Positions 45,963 to 56,122 of a DNA stretch of 64,000 nt are shown here, in pieces; position 1 is the first letter of the stretch, and each line of letters begins with the position of its first letter. The stretch lies in the sequence record NC_041878.1, one strand, 5' to 3'. The notes beneath the pieces are model-generated. The model saw only the letters and a list, made by a program, of their open reading frames with translations, did not search any database and was not told where the DNA came from. The position numbers were made by a program, and so were the translations under genes.

Positions 45963-47201
45963 ATGGTAGCTATTCCAGAGAAATTTTATGTAACACGTGT
46001 ATATCGTTCAGCAGAAGAAGTACTTGGTTGGATGGTAGTAGCTGATAAAGAACATACTAAAGCATTCCAGGAAGCAAAAAGGAAAGCTGATGCATGGGCT
46101 ACACCATATCACCGCCACGGACAAACTAATCCTGATCCTGGTATGGAAGCAATTTACGTAGACAACACTCCACGTAAAGGTTTTCGGATGGTTACCAATG
46201 TTAGTCGTTACAGTACTTCTAATGTGGTTTGGCGTATTATGCATCCAGAAGGTTTTGAATTTGAAATTACTTCTGATAATTTGTGCGACCTGCTTGAAAC
46301 AAACACTATTATTGAAGGTGAGTTTCAGGATGAAATGTTCTTTACTCACAACAAAAAATTGGTAAATGAGAAAACTAAACTCTTTGCTGATTTAATTGAA
46401 CGTGAAGAAAAGAAAAAAGAATTAAAAGAAAAAGCAAAAGATATGCCTCTTGGTACACGTTTAATTTATAAACACTATAAAGGTAATCGTACATTTATGT
46501 ACTGTGGTAAAGCACATGCAATTACTGTTAACGCTAATAAACCATTCCAGTTGAGTGCGAAAAGTTCGTTGCGTATTGTAGTGAAAGAAATCAGTACTGG
46601 TCAATATCATATGCTTAGTTCAGTTTCGAGTGATTATGAAATCATTGAACAATTCGGTGACGATGCTATAGATATTAATGAAGTAGTTCAGCAAATGAAT
46701 GAACAAATTAAAAATTCGACTAAGCAACACATGAAGTACTACCACAATGGGTACGTTCCAAATGAAGTGATACCAATTACAACTTCTGTGAAGCCATTTA
46801 AGCGTGAACAGCTTAAACTTGAATATACACCAGTAGACCCTAAAACCATTCAATACATTAACGGTGATAAAGTCTTCCTATATGATAATGCAATGATTTT
46901 TGGTTTTGCATGGTGTAATACGCAACATTATGGTCGTTCATGGCAAGAAACTGCTGATGCATCATATTATAGCTCTCATCACACAATGACACACTTACGT
47001 ACTTATCCAATTGCGGGTGTTAATGAAAATGGCTATCCAGTACTAGATATTGATATTTCTGGTCATAAGACTATTGGTTATGGTCGTGGTGATAGTGTAT
47101 TCCGATCAATTAATGGTGGTAGCTATGATCGTGGTATTGAATTGAAAACTGTTCCAATGCCTAATGAAGTACTAATGGGTCAATATGTAATCGGGGAATA
47201 A
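45963..47201 (+). CDS. hypothetical protein (412 aa)
   Basis: Long ORF. Confidence 0.85.
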   Translation: MVAIPEKFYVTRVYRSAEEVLGWMVVADKEHTKAFQEAKRKADAWATPYHRHGQTNPDPGMEAIYVDNTPRKGFRMVTNVSRYSTSNVVWRIMHPEGFEFEITSDNLCDLLETNTIIEGEFQDEMFFTHNKKLVNEKTKLFADLIEREEKKKELKEKAKDMPLGTRLIYKHYKGNRTFMYCGKAHAITVNANKPFQLSAKSSLRIVVKEISTGQYHMLSSVSSDYEIIEQFGDDAIDINEVVQQMNEQIKNSTKQHMKYYHNGYVPNEVIPITTSVKPFKREQLKLEYTPVDPKTIQYINGDKVFLYDNAMIFGFAWCNTQHYGRSWQETADASYYSSHHTMTHLRTYPIAGVNENGYPVLDIDISGHKTIGYGRGDSVFRSINGGSYDRGIELKTVPMPNEVLMGQYVIGE

Positions 47202-47227
47202 TATTCCCCTTGTTATAAGGATATAAC

Positions 47228-48643
47228 ATGTCTATTTTAGATATTATTTTAAAAATTAAAGAAACAGCTAGTACTAATGCTAAGAAAGATATTCTTAAAG
47301 AGAATAGCGATAACGTAGATTTGCAGCGTGTAGTTAAACTAGCACTTGAACCCTCTATTGTTAGTGGGATTAAAAAGATTCCTGAACCAATCAGTACTGA
47401 TAAAAGCCTAAGCCTATCTGAAGCTTTAGATTCTCTTGATGTTCTTTATAAGCGACAACTTACAGGTAATGCTGCACGTCAATATCTAGGTGAACTTCTA
47501 GGTTCTGTAACCGAAGCCGATGCTGATATTGTTCGTCGTGTAGTACTGAAGAACCTTGATTGTGGTATTCAAGAGAAAAACGCGAATGATGTATTTGGTA
47601 AGAACTTCATTAAAGATGAACCTTACATGCGTTGCTCATTAGTAACTGAAAAGACTATTCCAAATATTACATCATTCAAAACTCATGGTTATGCTGTTGC
47701 AGAAATCAAGATGGATGGACAGTACTTGAATAGTGCTGTTGTTAATAATAGTCTTCTTTGTACTTCACGTAATGGTAAAATTTATGACTTCTTAGGTCAC
47801 AAAGATGATGACATGATTCGCCTTGCTACGAATGTTCAGAACTTGGATAAACGTTTTGAAAGTGGCGTAGTATTCAACGGGGAGTGTTTAGTACTTGATA
47901 CTAATGGCAATATCCTTCCTCGTGAAACAGGTAATGGCATTGTTCAGAAAGCTGGTAAAGACACTATTACTAATTCTGAAGCAATGCGTGTAGTATTTGT
48001 TCTTTGGGATGTTCTACCATATGATGCATATATGGATGGTATTTGGGAAGTTGAACGTAAAGAACGTCGCGAACTTCTTGAAGAAGCCATCAGTACTTTA
48101 GATTCTGAATTTGTTCGTCTAGTTGAGTACCGTAAAGTTAAAGATATTGGTGAAGCATTTGATTATAATACTGAAGCTATTGAACGTGGTGAAGAAGGTG
48201 TTATTCTTAAATGTGAAAGTGGTATTTGGAAATCTCATACATCTCCAAAACAACTCAAACTAAAACTTAAAATGCAATTCGACTTGCGTGTAGTTGGTTA
48301 TCGTGAAGGTGAAGGTAAACGTGCAGGTATGGTCGGTGCATTAGAACTACAATCAGAAGATGGAATTATTGAAGTAGGTTGTGGTACTGGTATCAAAGAA
48401 AAAGACCATGAGTGGACATTTAAAACCATGATGGAACGTTGGGATGAAATTAGCAATGCAATCGTAACGGTCGAAAGTACTTCATTAACTCGCGATAAAC
48501 GTACTGGAAAAATGAGTATCTTCTTACCAGTATTTGTTGAATTCCGTTTTGATAAAGACAGTGCTGATACATATGAGCGTATTCTAGAAATTAAAGAATC
48601 TGCTGTTCGTGTACTTCGTGAGAAATTGGCTCGTTTAGAATGA
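47228..48643 (+). CDS. lig: ATP-dependent DNA ligase (T4 gp30-like)
   Basis: EIKMDG, SRNGK, FNGE, EGVILK, FLPVFVEFRFDK. Confidence 0.95.
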   Translation: MSILDIILKIKETASTNAKKDILKENSDNVDLQRVVKLALEPSIVSGIKKIPEPISTDKSLSLSEALDSLDVLYKRQLTGNAARQYLGELLGSVTEADADIVRRVVLKNLDCGIQEKNANDVFGKNFIKDEPYMRCSLVTEKTIPNITSFKTHGYAVAEIKMDGQYLNSAVVNNSLLCTSRNGKIYDFLGHKDDDMIRLATNVQNLDKRFESGVVFNGECLVLDTNGNILPRETGNGIVQKAGKDTITNSEAMRVVFVLWDVLPYDAYMDGIWEVERKERRELLEEAISTLDSEFVRLVEYRKVKDIGEAFDYNTEAIERGEEGVILKCESGIWKSHTSPKQLKLKLKMQFDLRVVGYREGEGKRAGMVGALELQSEDGIIEVGCGTGIKEKDHEWTFKTMMERWDEISNAIVTVESTSLTRDKRTGKMSIFLPVFVEFRFDKDSADTYERILEIKESAVRVLREKLARLE

Positions 48644-49065
48644 TTATCTATACTAACTTCGGAAATGGTCAAGAAGTAGTGTTCATTGTTCCTCCTATTT
48701 CGGAGGAACACAATGATAGTACTTCTTTGATGCAACGTTTTAATGAGCGTATGACAACTGGAATGTATCGATATTTTTCACGTTCATTCGTATTACACTG
48801 TGACGAAATAACTGTGTACAATCCTTGTACAGAACAGTACATGGGATTGAAAAACCGCAGATTTCCGGTTGACAAAACGTGGAAATCTGGTACAATAGCT
48901 GCACGTTTGAAAAAGAACTTTGAACTTGGAACTTTCCATAATGGAAAAGAATTCTCACCATTTGGTGACAGAACAGATTTTCGTACAATAACAGTCAGTC
49001 CAGAAAGTACAGAAAATCTGGAAGAATATTTGAGGACTTTAGATGAAATTTATCACTTTTTCTGA
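48640..49065 (+). CDS. hypothetical protein
   Basis: ATGA overlap. Confidence 0.75.
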   Translation: MIIYTNFGNGQEVVFIVPPISEEHNDSTSLMQRFNERMTTGMYRYFSRSFVLHCDEITVYNPCTEQYMGLKNRRFPVDKTWKSGTIAARLKKNFELGTFHNGKEFSPFGDRTDFRTITVSPESTENLEEYLRTLDEIYHFF

Positions 49066-49834
49066 TACACACGATTCGGTTGATTTCGTAAACAATGTTG
49101 CTGGGGATAAAGAAACTATTCTTTTACTTCCTGGTGATATTGGTGAAGTTCGCCGTTTTAATAAGTACAGGAATATGGTTGAAGTACTTTCATCTAAATT
49201 TAAAGAAGTACTTCTGGTTCCTGGTAATCATGAGTACTATCGCTCTAACATTACAAAAGTTCATCGTGTTCTGAAAGAACTTGATGATTCAATTTCTAAT
49301 TTTCACTTTCTGCAAAACGATTTCAGGATATTTGATGATGTTCTGATTTTGGGTGGCACGTTGTGGACGGATTATGATAACGGCAATCCTGTAACTAAGC
49401 TTCAGGCACAGTTAGGAATGAATGATTACCGTTGTATTCGGCATGGAACACCTACCGAGTACTGGAAACGTCCATTCACACCGGACGATGCAGAATTTTT
49501 TCATCACGAAACTAAAAGTTTTTTGAAAGAAACCCTTGACAAACAACGTGAAGTATGTCATAATTTAAAGACGGTGGTGATGACGCACCACGCACCTAGC
49601 TTTGCTAGTGTTGACCCAATTTACGTAGGTGATCATTTGAACGGTTGTTATTGTTCAAACATGGATTACTTCGTTGACAGTTTAAATGTTGACGTATGGA
49701 TTCATGGTCACATACATTCATCTCATGATTACATGCTAGGTGATACTCGTGTGATTTGTAACCCTCGTGGTTATGAGTTTGGAACACAACACGAGAATGG
49801 TCAGTTTGACAGTACTTTCACTTTTGAGGTGTAA
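49043..49834 (+). CDS. calcineurin-like metallophosphoesterase
   Basis: SDTH, PGDI, GNHEYY, GTLWTD, THHAP, HGHIH, NPRGY. Confidence 0.92.
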   Translation: MKFITFSDTHDSVDFVNNVAGDKETILLLPGDIGEVRRFNKYRNMVEVLSSKFKEVLLVPGNHEYYRSNITKVHRVLKELDDSISNFHFLQNDFRIFDDVLILGGTLWTDYDNGNPVTKLQAQLGMNDYRCIRHGTPTEYWKRPFTPDDAEFFHHETKSFLKETLDKQREVCHNLKTVVMTHHAPSFASVDPIYVGDHLNGCYCSNMDYFVDSLNVDVWIHGHIHSSHDYMLGDTRVICNPRGYEFGTQHENGQFDSTFTFEV

Positions 49835-49835
49835 T

Positions 49836-50264
49836 ATGCCTGGTAATGATGCATTATCAAAATTAATGTCGATGGTTGCGAAGAATACTAGCGTGACCAT
49901 TAACAATCAAACCATGTCATTTAGTGAGATGGTAATAAAGAAAACATCTGATGGTGGTACTGTTGTCATGATTGACGGTGTACCAGCAATAGGTGACGAC
50001 ACTGAAATCAATATTGAAGTGAACGGTGATGTTGAATCTATTACATTAGGTTCAGGCAACATTCGTTGTATGAATGTGACCAACGGTGTAAAAACCGTAT
50101 CAGGTGACGTATATACAGAAAATGTTTATGGTAATATTACAACCACATCTGGTGATGTAAAATGTAATGATGTTGCTGGGAATATTTCTACTGTTTCGGG
50201 CGATGTACAATTAAAAAATGTTGGTGGCAACGTAAGCACCATTTCTGGCGATATTTCAAAATAA
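49836..50264 (+). CDS. beta-strand repeat protein (DUF4097-like)
   Basis: Repeated T(V/T/I)SGDV. Confidence 0.65.
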   Translation: MPGNDALSKLMSMVAKNTSVTINNQTMSFSEMVIKKTSDGGTVVMIDGVPAIGDDTEINIEVNGDVESITLGSGNIRCMNVTNGVKTVSGDVYTENVYGNITTTSGDVKCNDVAGNISTVSGDVQLKNVGGNVSTISGDISK

Positions 50265-50277
50265 AGGAAAAGTTTTT

Positions 50278-50970
50278 ATGTTCATGAACACAATTCAAGA
50301 TACTACTGATATGACCCCAAGCAACTACAGTATTCCTTTTGTACTGGAAAAAACTGCTGATGGTGAACGTTCGTTCGATCTAGCATCACGTATGATGCAA
50401 GAACGTATCATTATGATAGATTCTGATTTCAATTCACAAATGGCTCATATTATTAAAATGCAGCTTATGTATCTTGATTCACGTAGTTCTGCACCAATTA
50501 CTCTTTTTGTGAGTTCTCCTGGTGGTTCAGTACACGATGGTTTAGGTATTAAAGATGTAGCTAAAAACTGCCGTTCCCCAATTAAAACTATTGTAATGGG
50601 ATATGCAGCAAGTATGGGTTGCTACACACAATCAGTAATGGGTACTCCAGGTTTCCGTTTGATGGGTGCTGATTCTTTCATCATGGCACACCAGGTATCT
50701 TCCGGTACTAAGGGTCTGATTACTGATCAGAAAATTGCACTACATCATTCTGAGCGTTTGAATGAACTTTTAACTTCTCAAATTGCAGCAGCATGTGGTG
50801 TTTCTCACGAACAGTTCTTAAAAGATGTTGATCGTGATCTGTGGCTAAATGCTGAAGAAGCACTTGCATATGGCACTAAAGGTTTCGTAGATGGTATTCT
50901 CGTAGGCGAACGTAACGAGAAAGGTCAGTACAAAGTAAAACGTCGCGATGGTTCTTTTGATTGGGTTTAA
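50278..50970 (+). CDS. clpP: ClpP-family protease
   Basis: ERII, SSPGGSV, GYAASMG (Ser), HQ (His), DRDLW (Asp). Confidence 0.92.
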   Translation: MFMNTIQDTTDMTPSNYSIPFVLEKTADGERSFDLASRMMQERIIMIDSDFNSQMAHIIKMQLMYLDSRSSAPITLFVSSPGGSVHDGLGIKDVAKNCRSPIKTIVMGYAASMGCYTQSVMGTPGFRLMGADSFIMAHQVSSGTKGLITDQKIALHHSERLNELLTSQIAAACGVSHEQFLKDVDRDLWLNAEEALAYGTKGFVDGILVGERNEKGQYKVKRRDGSFDWV

Positions 50971-50986
50971 TTTAAAAATATAACTT

Positions 50987-51274
50987 ATGAATAAGATTCT
51001 AATTCGGGGGAACGATGTTCCCCAAAACTCTGAAGAAATTAGTACTTCAGAATTTATGAATGTAGCTCTGGAGCAAATCTCTAGTACTGCATTGTCTGTA
51101 CAAGGTTCAGATGAAGCTGAACCAGTACTAACAGCAATGTCCGATATTTTGGAATTAATGTGCGAGTATTTGAAAGCTAAAAACATCGCACCTGATTCAT
51201 TATTTGAACATGCAGAAGAATTACGAAATACACAAGGAGCTTTCAATAAGAAAGTTGCAGTACCAAAGGACTGA
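50987..51274 (+). CDS. degenerate MazG/PRA-PH-like protein
   Basis: NKILIR...SDILELM....A......R...GAF.K echoes the PRA-PH family; acidic metal ligands largely absent. Confidence 0.45.
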   Translation: MNKILIRGNDVPQNSEEISTSEFMNVALEQISSTALSVQGSDEAEPVLTAMSDILELMCEYLKAKNIAPDSLFEHAEELRNTQGAFNKKVAVPKD

Positions 51275-51279
51275 TTTAA

Positions 51280-51735
51280 ATGGCTGATAACAACAATCAA
51301 TACAATCTAGGATATTCTTTTTTCCAGGATAAAAACAACGAACTTCTTTCTCAAGAACAATTGAAGCATATGCATCCACTATTTCGTCGTGGATACCGTA
51401 CTGCTCAAGATGATTACATGAAAAAGACCAGTCGTAATTTCCCAACAGTACTTTCGGACATTCCAAAACGTCCAGAAGTATTTGTACCGGATTGGAATGA
51501 TATTCTGGCTGCGACTCGTCGCCCACGTTTTGCTAAACTTCATAACACCCCAGCACTGGCTCCAGTACTGAATGAAATGATCAAAGCGGTTGAGAACAAG
51601 AAACATCTAATTAAACGTTACTCTGATGTAGTACGTTTAGTGAATGAAGCGTTTGATATTGTTCTACAATACGGGTACGATAGTGGTATTCTGGATGAAC
51701 ATGATCTCAGCAAATACAACTACGCACCAAAGTAA
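51280..51735 (+). CDS. hypothetical protein
   Basis: ORF; terminator follows. Confidence 0.8.
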   Translation: MADNNNQYNLGYSFFQDKNNELLSQEQLKHMHPLFRRGYRTAQDDYMKKTSRNFPTVLSDIPKRPEVFVPDWNDILAATRRPRFAKLHNTPALAPVLNEMIKAVENKKHLIKRYSDVVRLVNEAFDIVLQYGYDSGILDEHDLSKYNYAPK

Positions 51736-51780
51736 TAAAAAAGGCCACTTAGTTGTGGCCTTTTTCTTTTAAGGATTAAC

Positions 51781-52335
51781 ATGAAATTAAGAGCATTTAC
51801 GCCAGAAGAAACTGATGATTTGATCAACCGTTTTACGGTTATTGCAGAATATGCGTATTCAATCAATGAAGCTGCTTACGATATTCTAGTACAAAAACAT
51901 CTTAACTATCTGAAAGATTTTAAACCATCATTGTTTCACTGGAAAGCACGTGATTTTAAGTACTTCGTGAGTAAATTAAATCGTGATGATAGTGCGAGAT
52001 TTGTAGAATGGGAACTTAAAGAATACGAAGACTTTTTCCGTAAAAATTTATTCAAGAAAAAAGGAGTATTTCTTCGTGGCGTTCATTTTTATGATTGCTA
52101 TACTCATTATATGAATAAGTTTAGTAACCAAGTACTATCCGATGAAGAAAAAAACATTTTGTGGGATGCTGTATCTGTTTCTGAATTTTCTGTATTCGGA
52201 TATAAAATTCATGAAAAATATCGTGCTCTTATGAAATATGCACATAAACCATTTGAATTTGATGAAAGTGATATTGGATGGTTAGAAAATGTTGAATATT
52301 ACTACAAAAAGGCGGTTGAATGGAATTCAAACTAA
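51781..52335 (+). CDS. paralog trio member 1
   Basis: INEAAYDIL...KPFEFDESDI. Confidence 0.8.
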   Translation: MKLRAFTPEETDDLINRFTVIAEYAYSINEAAYDILVQKHLNYLKDFKPSLFHWKARDFKYFVSKLNRDDSARFVEWELKEYEDFFRKNLFKKKGVFLRGVHFYDCYTHYMNKFSNQVLSDEEKNILWDAVSVSEFSVFGYKIHEKYRALMKYAHKPFEFDESDIGWLENVEYYYKKAVEWNSN

Positions 52336-52847
52336 CAGAACGTCAGTCATATGAAATTCTGAAACATTTGGGAAATCATCGAGCTATAATTGAGAAAGTT
52401 AATGCTGAAGCATATGACATTCTAGAACGCTATTATGAACGTTATTCATCAGTACCGAAGAATTATTGGTTTAAACCAATGAGTAAATCAAAATTCTTGG
52501 AAAAAATGTGTAAAGGTTCTGGTAGTATTCATACAAGAAATGAATTTGGATGGAGAAAAGAAATTTATACATTCAATGACGCCGAAATAAACATTGAATA
52601 TTTGCGTAAGTTTGGGATTCCCGTAGAACCAGTTGCACATATCATTATTGATGCGGCGTTAGATGCACCATATCTAGGTTCAAGTGAAGTAACAACAGTA
52701 GATAACATGTATAATTTACTAATGACATATAATACTCCACCATTTGTTGCAGATGTTGAACTTTTAAATATGTTCCATAAAGTAAAAGAATCAAATGAAA
52801 AACGAATTGAAGTACTTAATAACATTGGAATAAAATATGAACTATGA
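52320..52847 (+). CDS. paralog trio member 2
   Basis: VNAEAYDIL...PPFVADVEL. Confidence 0.8.
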   Translation: MEFKLTERQSYEILKHLGNHRAIIEKVNAEAYDILERYYERYSSVPKNYWFKPMSKSKFLEKMCKGSGSIHTRNEFGWRKEIYTFNDAEINIEYLRKFGIPVEPVAHIIIDAALDAPYLGSSEVTTVDNMYNLLMTYNTPPFVADVELLNMFHKVKESNEKRIEVLNNIGIKYEL

Positions 52848-53319
52848 AACATTGACAGTTGAACAAACTGGTATCTGGATTGGTAATATTGAAAAGACTA
52901 TTTCATTGCTTGAATCTTTGACAAAAATTTTTGTTGATCGTTCTAAATTGATGGATGAGCAATATACTGCACGATACCGGACAGGATGGCGTAAATTCTT
53001 TTACGAAGCTGACTATTGGATTAGTGCAGGTGGTAATGCATATCCATTGGGTTCATTATGCAAAGCAAGTAAAGTAGAACCATTCAGTGAAGAAGAAAAT
53101 ACCCTTCGTTATTTTGTAAATGATTATACATATAATCACCGTACTGAGTATAAAGATGTGTCTGAGCGTTGGGCTAAATATGCTAAACGCCCGTTTGAAG
53201 TACATGAAAGTGATATAATCTTTTATCAAAAAATGAAACGCTATCATGCTAAAGCGGTCAAAATGGCAAAACTTATAGGAATGGAATATGAAGCATTCAA
53301 CTTGGATGAAGATAGCTAA
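52837..53319 (+). CDS. paralog trio member 3
   Basis: RPFEVHESDI. Confidence 0.8.
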   Translation: MNYETLTVEQTGIWIGNIEKTISLLESLTKIFVDRSKLMDEQYTARYRTGWRKFFYEADYWISAGGNAYPLGSLCKASKVEPFSEEENTLRYFVNDYTYNHRTEYKDVSERWAKYAKRPFEVHESDIIFYQKMKRYHAKAVKMAKLIGMEYEAFNLDEDS

Positions 53320-53761
53320 AATTGTAGCTGATGAAAGTAAATGTGTATCACAGCATGTAGGTGCGGTCATTGTAAAGAATGATCGCATTGTTAGTACTGG
53401 ATACAATGGTACACCATCTAAACAAGAAAACTGTTGTGATGCAAATTCACATTTAGTACATAATGGTGAATTTCAAAATTGGGTTTCTGATGAAGCCAAA
53501 CATGAGCATCACACATGGAGCCAGTTGCATGAATTACATGCAGAGCATAATGCACTTTTATTTGCAAATCCCCTTGACAGGGAAGGAGCAACGTTGTATT
53601 GTACTCTACAGCCGTGCTTCGTTTGCTCGTTGCTTATTGCTGGGTCGGGAATAAAACGTGTAATTTATGAAACCGAATATCATCGAACACCAACAGAAGC
53701 ACTTGACGTTCTCAAAAATGCTGGTATAATTGTAGAAAGATTATCGGACGTAGAGGAATAA
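53288..53761 (+). CDS. cd: dCMP deaminase
   Basis: SKC..VGAVIV..GYNG..HAEHNA..PCFVC. Confidence 0.93.
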   Translation: MKHSTWMKIAKIVADESKCVSQHVGAVIVKNDRIVSTGYNGTPSKQENCCDANSHLVHNGEFQNWVSDEAKHEHHTWSQLHELHAEHNALLFANPLDREGATLYCTLQPCFVCSLLIAGSGIKRVIYETEYHRTPTEALDVLKNAGIIVERLSDVEE

Positions 53762-53762
53762 A

Positions 53763-54032
53763 ATGAAAATTTTAGTTTTAATTATCTTTTTGGCGTTTGC
53801 AGTAACTATACTTGCACTGATTCTTGCACATGTGTTCAATGATAGTAAGCCAGTTTCCCGCCGCAAGAATGTACGTAATTTTAAAGTACGTTTCGATGCT
53901 GCAAAAGAAAAGTACTATATTGTAAACCAGCTTGAAACTCATGATGAACCTGTAACTAATAGTTTTGGTTTTCGTGTAATGTATAAAGACAAGCCAAAAG
54001 CTGAGTTTGTTGCAGAAAAATATAACTCATAA
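53763..54032 (+). CDS. membrane-anchored hypothetical protein
   Basis: N-terminal TM. Confidence 0.75.
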   Translation: MKILVLIIFLAFAVTILALILAHVFNDSKPVSRRKNVRNFKVRFDAAKEKYYIVNQLETHDEPVTNSFGFRVMYKDKPKAEFVAEKYNS

Positions 54033-54034
54033 AA

Positions 54035-54066
54035 GAAAAGGAGCCATATGGCTCCTTTTTTATTTT
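54035..54066. terminator. bidirectional terminator
   Basis: AAAAGGAGCC-ATAT-GGCTCCTTTT between convergent genes. Confidence 0.8.
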
Positions 54067-54083
54067 ATACTTTTTAATTAAGA

Positions 54084-54740
54084 TTATGGTGCTGGTGAAA
54101 CAGTAACTGCACAAGTAGCTGTGAAAGAACCATCAGCAGTGGTAACTGTGATAGTTGCAGAACCAGCAGCAACAGCAGTGATTAGGCCAGTACTAGAAAC
54201 TGTAGCGATACCAGTTGCAGAAGAACTATAAGATACAGCTTTATTAGTTGCATCAGCAGGTGCAACGGTTGGTGTTAGTTGTTGAGTACCACCAATATCT
54301 AAAGTTGCAGTAGTTGGAGCAACGGTAACACCAGTTACATCAACAATAATATCACCTTGACCTGAGTAATCTTTTAAGAATACAACAGAACCATCTTGTA
54401 GAACAACTTTGTTTAGAAGTAGACGTACCGCGAAACCAGCAACATCACCATCTGCATCTACAATACTAATGCAGAAAGTACCGTTTGGTAGTGCATCTGC
54501 AAGAGCAGCAGCATCATCAGCAGGATCAAGATTAACACCAGCTTTATCTACACCAGTAATTTTAACGAAAGGATAAAGAGTTGCACCATCAGCACTGATC
54601 AAATCAAATACATTGATTGAACGTTGCTTACTGATACGAACGTTAGTTAGTTTAGTACCATCAGATAGTACAGCCGCATCAACATTGATGCCATCAACAC
54701 CAAATGGTGACTTATTACGACCAGCAATAGGTTTTCCCAT
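54084..54740 (-). CDS. Ig-like (Big_2) domain virion protein
   Basis: VTGVTVAP....G.T.QL..TVAP.DATNK.VSYSSS..IATV...G.ITAV..G.ATITVTT.DG; SD AGGAG. Confidence 0.88.
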   Translation of the reverse strand: MGKPIAGRNKSPFGVDGINVDAAVLSDGTKLTNVRISKQRSINVFDLISADGATLYPFVKITGVDKAGVNLDPADDAAALADALPNGTFCISIVDADGDVAGFAVRLLLNKVVLQDGSVVFLKDYSGQGDIIVDVTGVTVAPTTATLDIGGTQQLTPTVAPADATNKAVSYSSSATGIATVSSTGLITAVAAGSATITVTTADGSFTATCAVTVSPAP

Positions 54741-54933
54741 AATTATAATCTCCTAGAGAATCATTTATATATTAATATTTATCCAGTACTTGCACGATTT
54801 AGTATTAATATCCCTTGACAGGAGATAGAATCTTTGCTACACTTAAAAAAGATGAGTGCTTTTTAAGTACTTCGAAAATATTTAGCTGAAAAATCTTGAA
54901 ACGTAAGGAATTTTTCTGCTATAATGTACACAA

Positions 54934-54981
54934 CAAGGTGAAGTAGCCTTGAAATCAAAATGACTAAGGGAGTCTTAGATT
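54934..54981 (+). promoter_or_regulatory. structured 5' leader of natV
   Basis: CAAGG-TGAAGTAG-CCTTG, A-rich linker, ACTAAGGGAGTCTTAGAT; promoter TTGAAA..TGcTATAAT upstream. Confidence 0.6.
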
Positions 54982-56079
54982 ATGAAAAATGAAAAAGTTT
55001 ATGTATATATCGGTCGTTTCCAGATGGCACATTCTGGTCACGAAGCGACAATCAAACATGCACTTGAAAATGCAGACCGTTTGGTAATTCTTGTTGGTAG
55101 TTCTGAATTAGCACGTGATCCTAAAAATCCGTTCACCTTCGCAGAACGTCATCAAGTACTGGATGCTATGAGTACTCGTTTAGCACAGGAAGAATGGGCT
55201 AAAGGGCGTTCGGTTAAGATTAATATCTTACCAATCCACGATTACGTTTATAACAACAGCAAATGGTTGAAAGAAGTACACGAACAAGTTAAATCTGTAA
55301 CAAGCAGTTCTAATATCTTTATTACTGGTTGTCAGAAAGAAGCAGATGACAGTACTTTCTATCTGAACTTCTTCCCACAATGGCAGCAGGATTTTATTTC
55401 TGAACAAAAAGTAACATCATTAGATACTCGCGGAGTTCCTAATACAGCGAGTACTATTAACAGTACAGAAATGCGTAATCAATTCTTCAGTACTAAACAA
55501 ATTCCTGAAGAACTGCCAGAAGAAACTAAAGAGTTTCTTGAGAAGTTTATGCACACTAAACCAATTGTGTTCGATAATTTGATCGGTGAATTCAATTTTG
55601 TTCAACGCTATCGTGCACAGATGAAAGAACAACTGCCATATGACAACATTCCATTCTTAACGGGTGATTCAATGGTTGTTTGTGCAGGACATGTTCTTCT
55701 GGTTAAACGCCGCACTTTCCCAGGTAAAGGTTTGTATGCACTTCCTGGTGGGTTCTTTGATGCGTGGCAGGATAAAGATCAAATTCAAACTGCATTACGC
55801 GAACTGAAAGAAGAAACGAAAATTGATGTTCCATTGAAAGTACTTGAAGGTTCAATCCGTGAAAGTATGGAATTCGGTGACTTCAATCGTTCATTACGCT
55901 GGCGTATTATCACCAAATGTGCGTACATCCAACTTCAGGACAGCACTTTGCCTAAAGTAAAAGGTGCTGACGATGCTGAGAAAGCATTCTGGATGCCACT
56001 TGGTGAAGTTGTACAGAACCGTGACAAGTTCTTTGAAGACCATTTAAGTATTATCGATACTTTCTTAGGTATTCTTTAA
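54982..56079 (+). CDS. natV: bifunctional NMN adenylyltransferase/Nudix hydrolase (NadM-Nudix, KVP40 NatV-like)
   Basis: GRFQMAHSGH, KNPFTFAER, INSTEMR; PGKGLYALPGGF..RELKEET; KGADDAEKAFW. Confidence 0.93.
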   Translation: MKNEKVYVYIGRFQMAHSGHEATIKHALENADRLVILVGSSELARDPKNPFTFAERHQVLDAMSTRLAQEEWAKGRSVKINILPIHDYVYNNSKWLKEVHEQVKSVTSSSNIFITGCQKEADDSTFYLNFFPQWQQDFISEQKVTSLDTRGVPNTASTINSTEMRNQFFSTKQIPEELPEETKEFLEKFMHTKPIVFDNLIGEFNFVQRYRAQMKEQLPYDNIPFLTGDSMVVCAGHVLLVKRRTFPGKGLYALPGGFFDAWQDKDQIQTALRELKEETKIDVPLKVLEGSIRESMEFGDFNRSLRWRIITKCAYIQLQDSTLPKVKGADDAEKAFWMPLGEVVQNRDKFFEDHLSIIDTFLGIL

Positions 56080-56122
56080 TGTTTAGGAGTACTTCGGTAC
56101 TCCATTTTAAGTAAGAGGAAAT

